Virus record (IMG/VR): IMGVR_UViG_3300046804_004104
Span: 5,761-69,760 of that record
Length of the DNA stretch: 64,000 nucleotides
From: a virus
Direction: 5' to 3' (one strand)
Every line of letters begins with the position of its first letter. The first letter of the stretch is position 1. Below the pieces are notes generated by a model. The model made no database searches, was not told the origin of the DNA, and was given only the letters and a program-made list of their open reading frames with translations. Both the position numbers and the translations under genes were made by a program. Shown in pieces: positions 21,901 through 31,800 of this stretch.

Positions 21901-24900
21901 CAATTTCTTTCTATAGAGCAAGTGATATTATTGATTTAAGACCTAGAGTTAGTCCATATAATAGTACTATAACACCTTATTCTCCATTTGAATTTGAATC
22001 TAGAAAATTCTTACCAGAAACAAACTCAACACCATATAATTTTGCTAAAGATAAAGATCTATTCTTAAGTTATTCTTATTATTTAGCTAGAATTGATAAA
22101 CTATATCTTAACAGATATGGAGAATTTTTTGTCTCAAAAGGAGTACCATCATTAAACCCTATTTCTCCACCAGTCACTGATAATGCTTTAGAAGTGGCAA
22201 CTATTACTATGAAACCATATGTGTATAATGTAGGAGATGTAACCGTACAATTATCTCCACACAAACGCTATAGGATGCAAGATATTGCCAGACTTGAAGA
22301 TAGAATAAGAAATATTGAATACTATACTTCACTATCCCTCCTAGAAAGTGATACTAAAAATCTAACTTTGAGAGATTCTCAAACACAATTAGATAGATTT
22401 AAATGTGGATTTCTTGTAGATAATTTTAAATCAGTCAGTGCTGGATCTTTAGGTGATCCACAACATAAATGTAGTATTGATACAAAAGAAGGGTTACTTC
22501 GACCCCAACATTATACAACATCATTAGATCTTCTTCTTGGATCAGAAGCTGTAATAGGTACATCAAATCTTTCAAATCCCGATGCAGATTTGAGATTTGT
22601 AAAAGATTTGGGTAATCCAAATACAGTTAAAGTTGGAGATATTGTATGTTTAAAATATACAGATGTAGAGTTTCTTAAAAATTCTTTTGCAACTAGAATT
22701 GAAAATGTTAACCCATTTGCAGTTGTAAACTGGATTGGTGCTATTGAATTAAATCCCGCAACTGACACTTGGATTGAAACTAGGGGAACAAAGAGAACCG
22801 TCGATCAAGAAGGTAATTATTCAACCACTATACAACAACTAGGTGTTGATACAAATACTGGATTATCTCCAATTGATTGGGGTGCCTGGGAAACAACCTG
22901 GACTGGTACACAAGAAATTTCTAGGCAAAATATGGGCAGCATTTATGTGGGAACCCAAGAGGTTTCTAGAAGTGTTCATAGAGGTGGATATCAAAAAGGT
23001 AGAGGTGTTCCAGAAACTACAACTATTAATTATAGAGATCAGTACACCAATTTTGCAAATGTAACTACACTAACTACCACAAAACAAGCAAGACAAGGTA
23101 TTCAATACAAAGTATCTGAAAGATATGATACTGTAAATCTTGGAACATTTGTGATATCTACGGAAGTTATTCACACAATGAGATCTAGGAATATTGAATT
23201 TATTGCAAAAAGATTAAAACCAAAAACAAGATTGTATGCATTTTTTGATAATGTTGATATGAACAAGTATATTGTTCCAAAACTTATTGAAATTCAAATG
23301 GAGAGTGGAACCTTTAATATTGGAGAAGTAGTAACAGGTACAGTAGGAACGACATCAATAAGATTCAGACTAGCAACCCCTAATCACAAATATGGTCCAT
23401 ATAATCAACCAGAACAAATTTATACTGGAAATCCATACTCTCCAAATCAATTAATACCCACAGCTTATTCTACAACATCAACAATATTAAATGTTGATAC
23501 GGCATCTTTAGAGTTGCAGTCTGCTTCTGGATTTTATGGACATGTTGTTGCAAATATGCAGTTAAAGGGAGAAACATCTAAAGCTATTGCAAAAGTAACA
23601 GATGTTAGATTAATTACAGATGCTTCAGGTACTTTAATTGGATCATTATATATTCCAAATTCTAAATTACAATCTACACCTTCTTTTGAAACTGGAACAA
23701 AAACTTTTGTCCTCACAACTAGTTCAACTAATTCCACAATTGTTGGATCTACAGACAGTACTGCTGACACTAAGTTCACATCTTCTGGACTTTTGAACAA
23801 TACTGAAGAAGTTACTTTAAGAACTAGAAATGCAAATGTTGAAAGAATTAACAGAACTGAAGAAAGAACTTCAACCACGCAACAAACAACACTTCAAGCA
23901 GGAACTTCTTTTACAAACCGTACTGTATCACAGACAAGATGGGTAGATCCTCTTGCACAATCTTTTGAAGTTCCAGATGAAAATGGAGTATTCATAACAA
24001 AATGTGATGTATTCTTTAAATCTAAAGATACTAATAGTTTACCAATTACAATGCAAATCAGAACCATGCAAACTGGTTTGCCAACACAGACAATTATTCC
24101 ATTTGGCGAGGTAGTTTTAGATCCAAGTCAGGTTAATTTATCTGATGATGGTAAAACTCCAACAACATTTACTTTCCCATCTCCAGTGTACCTTGAAAGT
24201 GGAAATTCTTATTGTGTAGTATTACTTTCAGCATCAAATGAATATACAGTGTGGGTTTCTAGAATGGGTGAAGAAGATGTAACTACATTAAATTTACCAG
24301 AATCACAAAAAATAGTTGTATCTCAACAACCTTTACTTGGATCTTTATTCAAGTCACAAAATGGTGCTACATGGGATCCTAGTCAACTAGAAGATTTGAA
24401 ATTAACTTTATATAGAGCAAAATTTGTCACAGGATCTTCTACAGTAAGATTCTATAATCCTAAATTAGATGTTGGTAATAATCAAGTTGTAACATTAAGA
24501 CCCAATCCATTAGATTGCATTTCTAAATCAACTTTAATTGGATTAGGAAAAAGTTTAACTTCATCAGAAGTTACTGGATTAACTCCTGGAAGTCCTATAT
24601 TGCAGAGTAACAACTCAAAATTTAGATCAAATCTAAAGAGTGTAGTAGGATCAGTCGGAATTGGAAGTACTTTAACAATAACTTCTGCGGGAATTGGATT
24701 TACATCTACATTTAAGACTTATTCTAATGTAAACTTGGTTTCTATAACTGGCTCTGGTTTTGGTGCAAAGATAAATCTAAGTGTCCAAAATGGGGTTGCA
24801 ATTGCAGCGACTGTTTCTATTGGTGGAACTGGATATGCATATGGTGACTCATTGGAAGTTAATTATACCCAAACAGATGGTCTTGGCGACAATTTAATTC

Positions 24901-26447
24901 TGACTATTCCAAATAATGTTGGGGTAATTTCTGCTTTTAATTCACTATTGGTAGATAGAGTTCAAGGAACTTTAAATCAAAATTCTATTGATAGCCTATT
25001 CTATGTTGGTTCTGCAGGAACAACTCTTCTTTCTGGAGCATCTGTAACCACAATAAATGATTTAACTGATGGATTACACTTTAAAGTCAGTCATAATAAT
25101 CATGGAATGTATTCTTTGGTAGATAAAGTTACACTTTCTGGCATAGAACCAGATCAAAGACCAGAAACTTTAAAATCCTCATATAATTCAACATCTACAA
25201 GTAGTATTACCGTAAGTTCTGTAGGAATATTTACTAGTTTTGAAAATCTTCCAGTTTCTTCTATAAATCCTGGTTATATTTTAATTGATAATGAAGTTAT
25301 TTCTTATACCGGAGTTGTTACATCAACTAATAGTTTGACTGGAATAACTAGAAATATTGATGAAACTATCTCAGGAAGTTATGGACTTGAATTCCCTGTG
25401 TTTAAGTATGAATTAAATGGAGTTTCTTTAAGAAGAATTAATAAAACTCACAATTTCTCTGATTCCGATTTAGTTACTTATCCAACAGATTTGGATCATT
25501 ATTACATTAAAGTTGGAATGAGTAGTAGAGGTCTTGATAGAACACCAACAAATGGTCTTGGCTATCCAGCTTTATACTTCAACAATGATAAATCTTGTGG
25601 ATCTTATGATACAGTCCCATTGATGGGTTCTCCAAAGGGTCCAAAAGCCACACAAAATATACCTTTTAATGTTATCAGACCCAATTTCCAAACATTACTT
25701 CCACAAAAAACATCTATATCTGCAAAAGCAAGAACTTTTAGTGGATCCTCACCAGATAGTGATTTAACAGCATTTTTAGATCAGGGATTTGTTGATATAT
25801 CACTAAATTCAAACAATGAATTTAATTCTCCAAGAATTATTTGTTCTCAAATTAATGAAGAAACTTATTTATCAAATTTCCCTGGTAAAAAATCTTTTAC
25901 AATGGAATTAACATTAACTAGTGAAGATGAAAAAGTCTCTCCCATGATTGATTTGGATAGAGTTAATTTAATTACTATTGCTAATAGAGTTAATTCTAAG
26001 GTTACAGATTATGCAAATGATCCGAGAGTTAATTCTTTAAGTGATGATCCTACTGCTGCAACTTATTTAAGTAATATAGTAGTTTTGGATAAGGTTGCAG
26101 ATAATTTAAAAGTATTTTTCGATGCCTTTAGACATTCTACAAATGATATTAGAGTATGTTATAGAATTTTTAGATCAGATGCTCCTACAACATCTCAACT
26201 TTGGCAATTGTTCCCTGGATATGATAATTTAGATGCAAATTCACAGGTTATTAACTCTTCTAAAAATAATGGAAGACCTGATAAAAATATAGCAAATTCT
26301 ATATTAGAAGATGATTTTAAGTCATATGAATTTACTGCGGCTAATTTACCACAATTCAATGGATTCCAAATTAAAATTCTAATGACTGGCACTAATTCTG
26401 CTTTTGTTCCAAAAATTAGAGATTTTAGAGTTATCGCAACTATTTAA
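18933..26447 (+). CDS. large virion structural protein, VrlC-like / DUF4815 type (2504 aa)
   Basis: NLNTSPYFDDFD...YQRVLFKPG.PIQARELTTLQSILQNQ, APGADRL, KRYRMQDI.RLE.RI..IEYYTSLSLLE and DPLAQSF motifs; standard position after gp8 in cyanomyoviruses. Confidence 0.88.
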   Translation: MAQNTNLNTSPYFDDFDPTRNYQRVLFKPGTPIQARELTTLQSILQNQVEKFGKHFFKEGQVVIPGNVAYDSEYTCVQIDPTHLGIPVSVYLDYLVGKRIKGETSGVFAKVERYITSEESENDNNTLYIKYQSSSETDFTNSKFVNGENLLVLENIDYGSGVIRLESSFATTIISNSTATGSAIKIEEGVYFIRGFFVDVFPQTVILDQYNNLPSYRVGLSIFEDIAVPSQANVDLFDNARGFSNFAAPGADRLRIVATLIKKSIDDFNDENFVELLRIENGIIKKVPKKQDTVSLINDELARRTNDESGDYYVKPFSIIAKESLNNKIGNNGVYNPGQLTKQGNTPSDDLLTLQISPGKAYVKGYEVETLITVNADLEKPRTTETVKDITVPFSLGNQVELNNVYGTLPVGFGTTSQVTLYSNRTVTPGLPSGIPIGVGRVYDLKLKNAGYANASTVFEASAYDLQTYTYLQLNATITLSRPAFVEGKNSSASGFLAVSATNTRQLVLYQTVGTFTVGEQLKVDGQDISRTVTAVRDYNLGDIRQVVGYVGTTTTFTADTVISNPIPLAPQGTSFTISAGSGGISTVTTSSSTFGVGINTGDIFVYTKSGQILPTYNRVTSVNTSAKSITVEATTNVSGVNSGGLPTSTTTLNDILKGTSALLNPRDSFFFVELQNSNISNVDISDGEIVYRKSYSVTVASNGLTATLESDTNISLEPFDEEDYSLVYSDGTIEPLTSGQFTITAARTLTLVNLSKNGAATLTATLRRRRLKSRKKIYNRCGVLDIRSSSSSSSGIGSTTLNDGLTYSQYYGTRVQDQRISLNIPDVIFVSGVFESSDTNDADLPKLEVVNLNANILNAVKGEMIYGETSNAMAMFVATNGTNQLEFVYANENTFIKGERILFGESNITAEINLLIEGDRNIVSDFTFDSGQRLEIADYSSIRRKSGVSAPTKRLKIVYNSYYIDANDDGNFVTVNSYDRERYSTELPAISFYRASDIIDLRPRVSPYNSTITPYSPFEFESRKFLPETNSTPYNFAKDKDLFLSYSYYLARIDKLYLNRYGEFFVSKGVPSLNPISPPVTDNALEVATITMKPYVYNVGDVTVQLSPHKRYRMQDIARLEDRIRNIEYYTSLSLLESDTKNLTLRDSQTQLDRFKCGFLVDNFKSVSAGSLGDPQHKCSIDTKEGLLRPQHYTTSLDLLLGSEAVIGTSNLSNPDADLRFVKDLGNPNTVKVGDIVCLKYTDVEFLKNSFATRIENVNPFAVVNWIGAIELNPATDTWIETRGTKRTVDQEGNYSTTIQQLGVDTNTGLSPIDWGAWETTWTGTQEISRQNMGSIYVGTQEVSRSVHRGGYQKGRGVPETTTINYRDQYTNFANVTTLTTTKQARQGIQYKVSERYDTVNLGTFVISTEVIHTMRSRNIEFIAKRLKPKTRLYAFFDNVDMNKYIVPKLIEIQMESGTFNIGEVVTGTVGTTSIRFRLATPNHKYGPYNQPEQIYTGNPYSPNQLIPTAYSTTSTILNVDTASLELQSASGFYGHVVANMQLKGETSKAIAKVTDVRLITDASGTLIGSLYIPNSKLQSTPSFETGTKTFVLTTSSTNSTIVGSTDSTADTKFTSSGLLNNTEEVTLRTRNANVERINRTEERTSTTQQTTLQAGTSFTNRTVSQTRWVDPLAQSFEVPDENGVFITKCDVFFKSKDTNSLPITMQIRTMQTGLPTQTIIPFGEVVLDPSQVNLSDDGKTPTTFTFPSPVYLESGNSYCVVLLSASNEYTVWVSRMGEEDVTTLNLPESQKIVVSQQPLLGSLFKSQNGATWDPSQLEDLKLTLYRAKFVTGSSTVRFYNPKLDVGNNQVVTLRPNPLDCISKSTLIGLGKSLTSSEVTGLTPGSPILQSNNSKFRSNLKSVVGSVGIGSTLTITSAGIGFTSTFKTYSNVNLVSITGSGFGAKINLSVQNGVAIAATVSIGGTGYAYGDSLEVNYTQTDGLGDNLILTIPNNVGVISAFNSLLVDRVQGTLNQNSIDSLFYVGSAGTTLLSGASVTTINDLTDGLHFKVSHNNHGMYSLVDKVTLSGIEPDQRPETLKSSYNSTSTSSITVSSVGIFTSFENLPVSSINPGYILIDNEVISYTGVVTSTNSLTGITRNIDETISGSYGLEFPVFKYELNGVSLRRINKTHNFSDSDLVTYPTDLDHYYIKVGMSSRGLDRTPTNGLGYPALYFNNDKSCGSYDTVPLMGSPKGPKATQNIPFNVIRPNFQTLLPQKTSISAKARTFSGSSPDSDLTAFLDQGFVDISLNSNNEFNSPRIICSQINEETYLSNFPGKKSFTMELTLTSEDEKVSPMIDLDRVNLITIANRVNSKVTDYANDPRVNSLSDDPTAATYLSNIVVLDKVADNLKVFFDAFRHSTNDIRVCYRIFRSDAPTTSQLWQLFPGYDNLDANSQVINSSKNNGRPDKNIANSILEDDFKSYEFTAANLPQFNGFQIKILMTGTNSAFVPKIRDFRVIATI

Positions 26448-26451
26448 AATT

Positions 26452-26694
26452 ATGTTAATACCTGTAGAAGGAAATAAAGGACTATTCAGAGATGAAAAAT
26501 CTAGTGCTATTTTAAATTGCTCAGATTATGATTATCAAAGATATTTGGAAGTTAAAAATATGAAAATGAAAGAAGTTGTTCAGATGAATGAAATGTCTGA
26601 GAAAATTAATGAAATTGATCAATTAAAATCCGATGTAAATGAAATGAAAGATATGATGAAACTTATTCTTTCTAAATTAGACTCTAACTCATAA
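26452..26694 (+). CDS. small conserved hypothetical protein with C-terminal coiled coil
   Basis: ATG at 26452 preferred to the TTG at 26404, which lies inside the upstream gene; MLIPVEGNKGLFRDEKSSAILN...EIDQLKSDVNEMKDMMKLIL. Confidence 0.8.
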   Translation: MLIPVEGNKGLFRDEKSSAILNCSDYDYQRYLEVKNMKMKEVVQMNEMSEKINEIDQLKSDVNEMKDMMKLILSKLDSNS

Positions 26695-26697
26695 ATA
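26690..26697 (+). promoter_or_regulatory. late promoter CATAAATA
   Basis: Overlaps stop codon, 20 nt before ATG 26718. Confidence 0.6.
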
Positions 26698-26717
26698 CTT
26701 AAAAACGGGTTCCAATA

Positions 26718-27050
26718 ATGGCGGCAAGGAATGTAAACTTAGTTCTTGAACAAGGGGTTGACTTTCAAGCCACCTTTACAATCAGGAACACCAATAATGC
26801 ACCATTAAATTTAACTGGATATACGGGAATTTCTTCAATTAGGAAACACCCAACATCTTCCAATGCATATCCATTAACTTTAACATTTGTGGATAGATTA
26901 AATGGAAAGATTGCAGTTTCTATGGGGTATACTGCAACTGACTCCATTGAAGGCGGTAGGTATGTTTATGATGTTATTCTTATTTCTCCCAATTCTTACA
27001 GATCCCGAGCTGTTCAAGGAAATGTTCTGGTAACTCCAGGGGTATCATAA
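26718..27050 (+). CDS. small virion structural protein (beta-sandwich type)
   Basis: NLVLEQGVDF...PLNLTGY...IRKH...GRYVYDV...R.VQG.V.VTPGVS, a motif set common in T4-like cyanophage virion modules. Confidence 0.75.
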   Translation: MAARNVNLVLEQGVDFQATFTIRNTNNAPLNLTGYTGISSIRKHPTSSNAYPLTLTFVDRLNGKIAVSMGYTATDSIEGGRYVYDVILISPNSYRSRAVQGNVLVTPGVS

Positions 27051-27727
27051 TGACAGATTACTTAGTAACGCTTAACGAACCTGGTCCCTATAGAATTGGT
27101 GTAGATTATGAGATTCCCACCAAATCTATTCAGTATGGAAACATAATCCTTGATAACATCAATTCACAATTCACTGGAGTTGCTCATACTTTTGGTTTAT
27201 ATGCTAATGGCGATTCTTATGTTCCAATCAATGATCAACAATTGATTGTTGTTAAAAATAATCTTGTAATGGAACCAATTGAAGATTATACTACTTCAAC
27301 AAATAACATTATTTTTACGGTGGCTCCAAATCCTGGAGATGATGTTTTTATCATAGCTCTCGCAACAACTGCAGATCTTACAAGAACTATTAATTATGTT
27401 ATTGATAGTGGATCTATTGCAATGCTTGCAGGAAATAAAGGATCTCTGACTTTAGATGTGAGTGGAGTTATAGAATCGTTAGTAATTCTTTCGGATCAAC
27501 AAGGAGATCTTACTTTAGATATAAAAAAATCAAACTATTCAACTTTTCCAACTTTTACTTCTATAGTTGGTGGAGTTTATCCACAAATGACCAACTCTAG
27601 AAAAGTGCGTGATGATAATCTTACAGGATGGGATACTACATTAGTAGCTGGAGATATTTTGACCTTTGATGTTATTGCCGTAAACAATATAAATCGATTT
27701 CTAGTTTCTTTAAAATTAAAATTATAA
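27050..27727 (+). CDS. putative virion structural protein
   Basis: 225 aa, coupled to the upstream gene (TAATG). N-terminal LDNINSQFTG...LIVVKNNLVMEP module resembles repeats in gp7. Confidence 0.7.
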   Translation: MTDYLVTLNEPGPYRIGVDYEIPTKSIQYGNIILDNINSQFTGVAHTFGLYANGDSYVPINDQQLIVVKNNLVMEPIEDYTTSTNNIIFTVAPNPGDDVFIIALATTADLTRTINYVIDSGSIAMLAGNKGSLTLDVSGVIESLVILSDQQGDLTLDIKKSNYSTFPTFTSIVGGVYPQMTNSRKVRDDNLTGWDTTLVAGDILTFDVIAVNNINRFLVSLKLKL

Positions 27728-27730
27728 ATA
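27723..27730 (+). promoter_or_regulatory. late promoter TATAAATA
   Basis: Exact T4 late consensus overlapping the stop; GGGGAG SD downstream before ATG 27774. Confidence 0.8.
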
Positions 27731-27773
27731 AAGATAGTTATTAAAAATCATAACCTGTAGGGGAGTTGTTTAA

Positions 27774-28781
27774 ATGGCACTATTAGTTCCAAATATTGGA
27801 GAACTTGAGTCACTCAGATACTTGGTTGCACAGAACAACCACACTGCAAGTCTTGCTGACCAGTCTCCCAGAAACCTAGTTTTAAAACTTTTCACAAGTA
27901 ATACCACTCCAGCTGAGTCGGATGTACCTTCCGCTACCAGGTATTTTGAGCCATATGGAATTGGCAATACTAACGCTTATGGATATGCTCCTTATACAGG
28001 TTATCCATATTGTGTAAATAACAGAACAGATCAGACTTATACATCTCAGACAGGAATTCTCCTCAATGGATCTCGTTGGAGAATTAACCAAGTAGGTTCT
28101 GGAACAACAGCAACATACCCAGAACAAACTTTCACATTTACTGGAGATGCTGGTGACATTTATGGTTATTATGTGACTAGAGCAAACAATATGCCTGTTG
28201 CTGTTCAGGGTGTTGTTCATGCAGCTACAGTTGGTATTGGAACTACTATTACCAAAGGAAATAACACAGACCCAACAATCGGTGTTATCGGTAATCAATA
28301 TATTACAATCGATCCAGACATCAGTGTTGATGATTTGACTTTGGGGATGGTTGTAGGAGGAAATGCTGGTATCCAGACAGGTACGACAGTAATCGGTATT
28401 GATAGAGCTTTAAAAGTTGTTTACTTAGATAAAGCCCTTATCGATAACATTCAGGTTGCTACTGACCCAAGTGTTGAATTCAGTTTTGGTAAAATGGTAA
28501 GATCTGGGCATCAATTGGTAGCTGGAGATGTTCTTTATATTGCTGCAGGAGCAGGAAATACTACTCTAGTATCAAACACATATACAGTTTTTTCAGTTCC
28601 AAATGCTAATGAGTTCTATACCACGCCATCGTTGAACCCAACTCTAAACACTGTAGCTGGTTTAAATACGGCTACTCTTTATAGTTCTGTTATGTATGCT
28701 GAGAGATTTACAAATGGTCCTTACACGATTCAAAACAACGGTGACCAAATCAAAATTACATTGAATGTTGCTCTTGACTGA
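27774..28781 (+). CDS. putative virion (tail-associated) structural protein
   Basis: MALLVPNIGE...LVLKLFTSNTTP...ATYPEQTFTFT...IYGYYV...YAERFTNGPY.IQNNGDQIKIT; has its own promoter, SD and terminator. Confidence 0.75.
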   Translation: MALLVPNIGELESLRYLVAQNNHTASLADQSPRNLVLKLFTSNTTPAESDVPSATRYFEPYGIGNTNAYGYAPYTGYPYCVNNRTDQTYTSQTGILLNGSRWRINQVGSGTTATYPEQTFTFTGDAGDIYGYYVTRANNMPVAVQGVVHAATVGIGTTITKGNNTDPTIGVIGNQYITIDPDISVDDLTLGMVVGGNAGIQTGTTVIGIDRALKVVYLDKALIDNIQVATDPSVEFSFGKMVRSGHQLVAGDVLYIAAGAGNTTLVSNTYTVFSVPNANEFYTTPSLNPTLNTVAGLNTATLYSSVMYAERFTNGPYTIQNNGDQIKITLNVALD

Positions 28782-28815
28782 TTCTATCTAAAAATAGAAT
28801 ATTTGTTATGTGTGT

Positions 28816-28847
28816 GGGGATTGCTTTTTTATGGCGATCCCCTTTTT
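28816..28847 (+). terminator. Rho-independent terminator
   Basis: GGGGATTGC (28816-24) / GCGATCCCC (28834-42) stem followed by TTTTT. Confidence 0.8.
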
Positions 28848-28887
28848 CATAATGAATCCATAAAATTATTTGGTAGAATTATAAAAA

Positions 28888-31800
28888 ATGAGTAATGTCT
28901 ATGTCTACGACTCAACAGTAACAGACATTTACTCGGAAGAAGATTTTGGATCTATTTCATCTTCGCCGAGTGTTAGCGAAGATTATCAACAAATAAGTGC
29001 AGTTGCAAATAATTTTGAAGATTGGTATGCAGTATCTGTAAGTTCTTCTCAAGTACCATTTGGATCTATTGGAAATATAAGTGCCGGACTTTCAAATGAA
29101 AAAACAACTTATAGTTTTGTTTCGGCCACAACAAACATTACACTTTCATCCACACTTATTTCCAAGGTAACATTTACTTGGGATGGAAATGGTACATTAT
29201 TTGAAATAGGAAGTGGATTAGAAAGAACGATATGTTCTTATCTCACATCTGGAACGGTACGACTTGGATATAGTGAGGCGGGCATTAGTTCAGCTAATGT
29301 AAGTAGATCATTAGATTATAACGAAAGTTCAATAGTAGTATTTACAAGTGAAGATTATGGTGTTGTTTCTGGAATAACAACCATATCAACATACTATGGC
29401 GACCTTACCGTAAATACAGTTACTCCAGAAAGTGGAAACGAAGATTACGGAAATGTTGTAGATCGTGTAACAGGATTTAGTACACAAACTACATATCCAC
29501 TCACTCGTGGAGTAGCATTAACATTTGCAAGTCAGGGTTCAACTACTTATCCAAGAATATATGGAAGTGACTTTGTAACTGGTACTAGAGATAGTGGTGT
29601 AGGCGTTTCCACTACAGTACAGTTTAAAAATTATTGCAATGCAGTCGGATTTGGAAGTAGTGTAACAGGAAAATATAAAACAGTTGATGATTATCTAGTA
29701 GTTTACTCTGCAAATTCTACTGGTAATTCATTTGTAACTTATTTGCAATCATTACCTGATGGATCTCATCATTATGTAAATTTTGATACTGGTGTTGCAT
29801 CTATATGGTCTTCTAAGTATGTTTTAAAGAATTCTTCAGTATTAACTTCATTTACTCAATTAACTGAACAATATACATACGCAACATTTAATATTGGGGG
29901 GCAATTAGGATTAGTATTCAAATTACCTGATTATGTTGGAGAGTCTACAAACGGTGATTTAGGAAATATTAATCTTAATACTACACCATATAAGTTCCAA
30001 GAAATTACTTTAAGACCACCAAATCTTAGATTCTTCCCAGGACTTACAGGTCTTGGAACCGTCTATGTTGTAAATGGATTTAGTCCACAAGAGTCTTATC
30101 CATGGTTACCTGAGCCTGGAGTTGGTAGATCTTGGAGTTTCTCTAGAACATCATACCTTGGAAATGGAACACTATTTGGTCTATCTGGAGCTGTAGAATC
30201 ATTTGGTGCAAATCCATTAGAAAATACTCAACTATTCACTGTATCTGGAATTTCTTCTACTGCAGAAATCCAAGTATATGGAATCAATCCAGGAAATCAT
30301 TTATATCCTCGTCCACTGGATGTAAGTAGTGGAATCATCACCGTAAGAAACACTGCACTAGTTCATCCATTTGTAGATTATACACCTCATTATGGTATTG
30401 AGAAAAATATTGGTGTTGGAACCACTGGTGTTAAACTTAGTGGAACCGCAACTTATAAGGATACTGATTCTTATGTTGGAGTTGGTACTTTCAGTTCTCT
30501 TAGTGGTGCTGCAGAGTCCATTACTAAAGTATATGATCTTTATGATTCTATAATTGTTGATCTTCAGGATTGGGGATCAATCACTCAGTTACCCCCATAT
30601 AATGGATTTGATGATTGGGGTCTACTCAGCATTCTTTATGATGGTACTGAAGTTTGGGGTCCAATCACTGGTTATGGATCTAGCACTACTATTCCATTTG
30701 GATTGTTTACAGTTAGTGGAAGAGCCATACTATCCTTTGATAAGGGTCCATATACAGCTGATAGACCAATCTATACTCTTAGTGGAATTGCTTCTACAAG
30801 AGAAATTGCTGTTTATGGGTACTATGGTGATGATAGGAACCCAGGAACAAGTGGTGTTATTACATTATCAGCAAATCTTGTACATCCAAATATTGATTAT
30901 ACACCACATTATGGTATTGAAGAAAATATTGGTATTGGAACTACAGGAATTCAGATTACTGGAATTTCAACTGCCGTAGAAAGATTAATAGTCAATCCAC
31001 CAGAGAATACCCAACTCTTTAGTTTCTCTGGAAGTTACAGTGATCTTCAGTTTAGTGCTAACACACCAGAAAATACTCAACTCTTTACTATTAGTGGATC
31101 TTTAGTAGAGAAGGATGTTGATTCTTATGTAGGAGTAGGCACCTTAACAATCTCTGGAACAGCTCTAGAGGCTTATTCGGCACAAACTCCGGAAAATACT
31201 CAACTCTTTACTATTTCTGGACAAACCCTGGAGTCATATTCAGCTCAGACTCCGGAAAATACTCAACTCTTTACTATCTCTGGAGAACTTGTACATCCAA
31301 ATATTGATTTCACACCTCATTATGGTATTGAAAAGAATATTGGTATTGGAACTACCGGTATTCAGATTAGAATTGGAGTTGGATACGAGCCAGATAGTGA
31401 AGGCAATCCTCGTGATGCAAGAACATATTCAAATAGATATCCAATTAATGATAAGGTTCCTGGAACAGGAATTGGTACTATTACCTTTGATCAGATAAGA
31501 GATCTTGCGAAGTATAGTCCATTAACTCCATATAAGGGAAGTGGTCTATTTGATATAGTTACAGGATTTAGTCCACAGGAGTCTTATCCATGGTTACCAG
31601 GTCCTGGAGTTGGTAGATCTTGGAGCTTTACACAAGCAACTCATATTGGATCTGGGAATATTTCAATTGCAGGAATTGCTTCCACAAGAGAAATTGCTGT
31701 TTATGGTTATTATGGAGATGATCGTGATCCAGGAACATCTGGTCAGATTACTATTTCGCAACAGACTGAACCAAGTATTGAAAAAGAAACTGATTCTTAT

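Noticed and set aside
26404-26451. TTG start for the 26404-26694 ORF
   Set aside because: Overlaps the end of the VrlC-like gene; the ATG at 26452 fits better.
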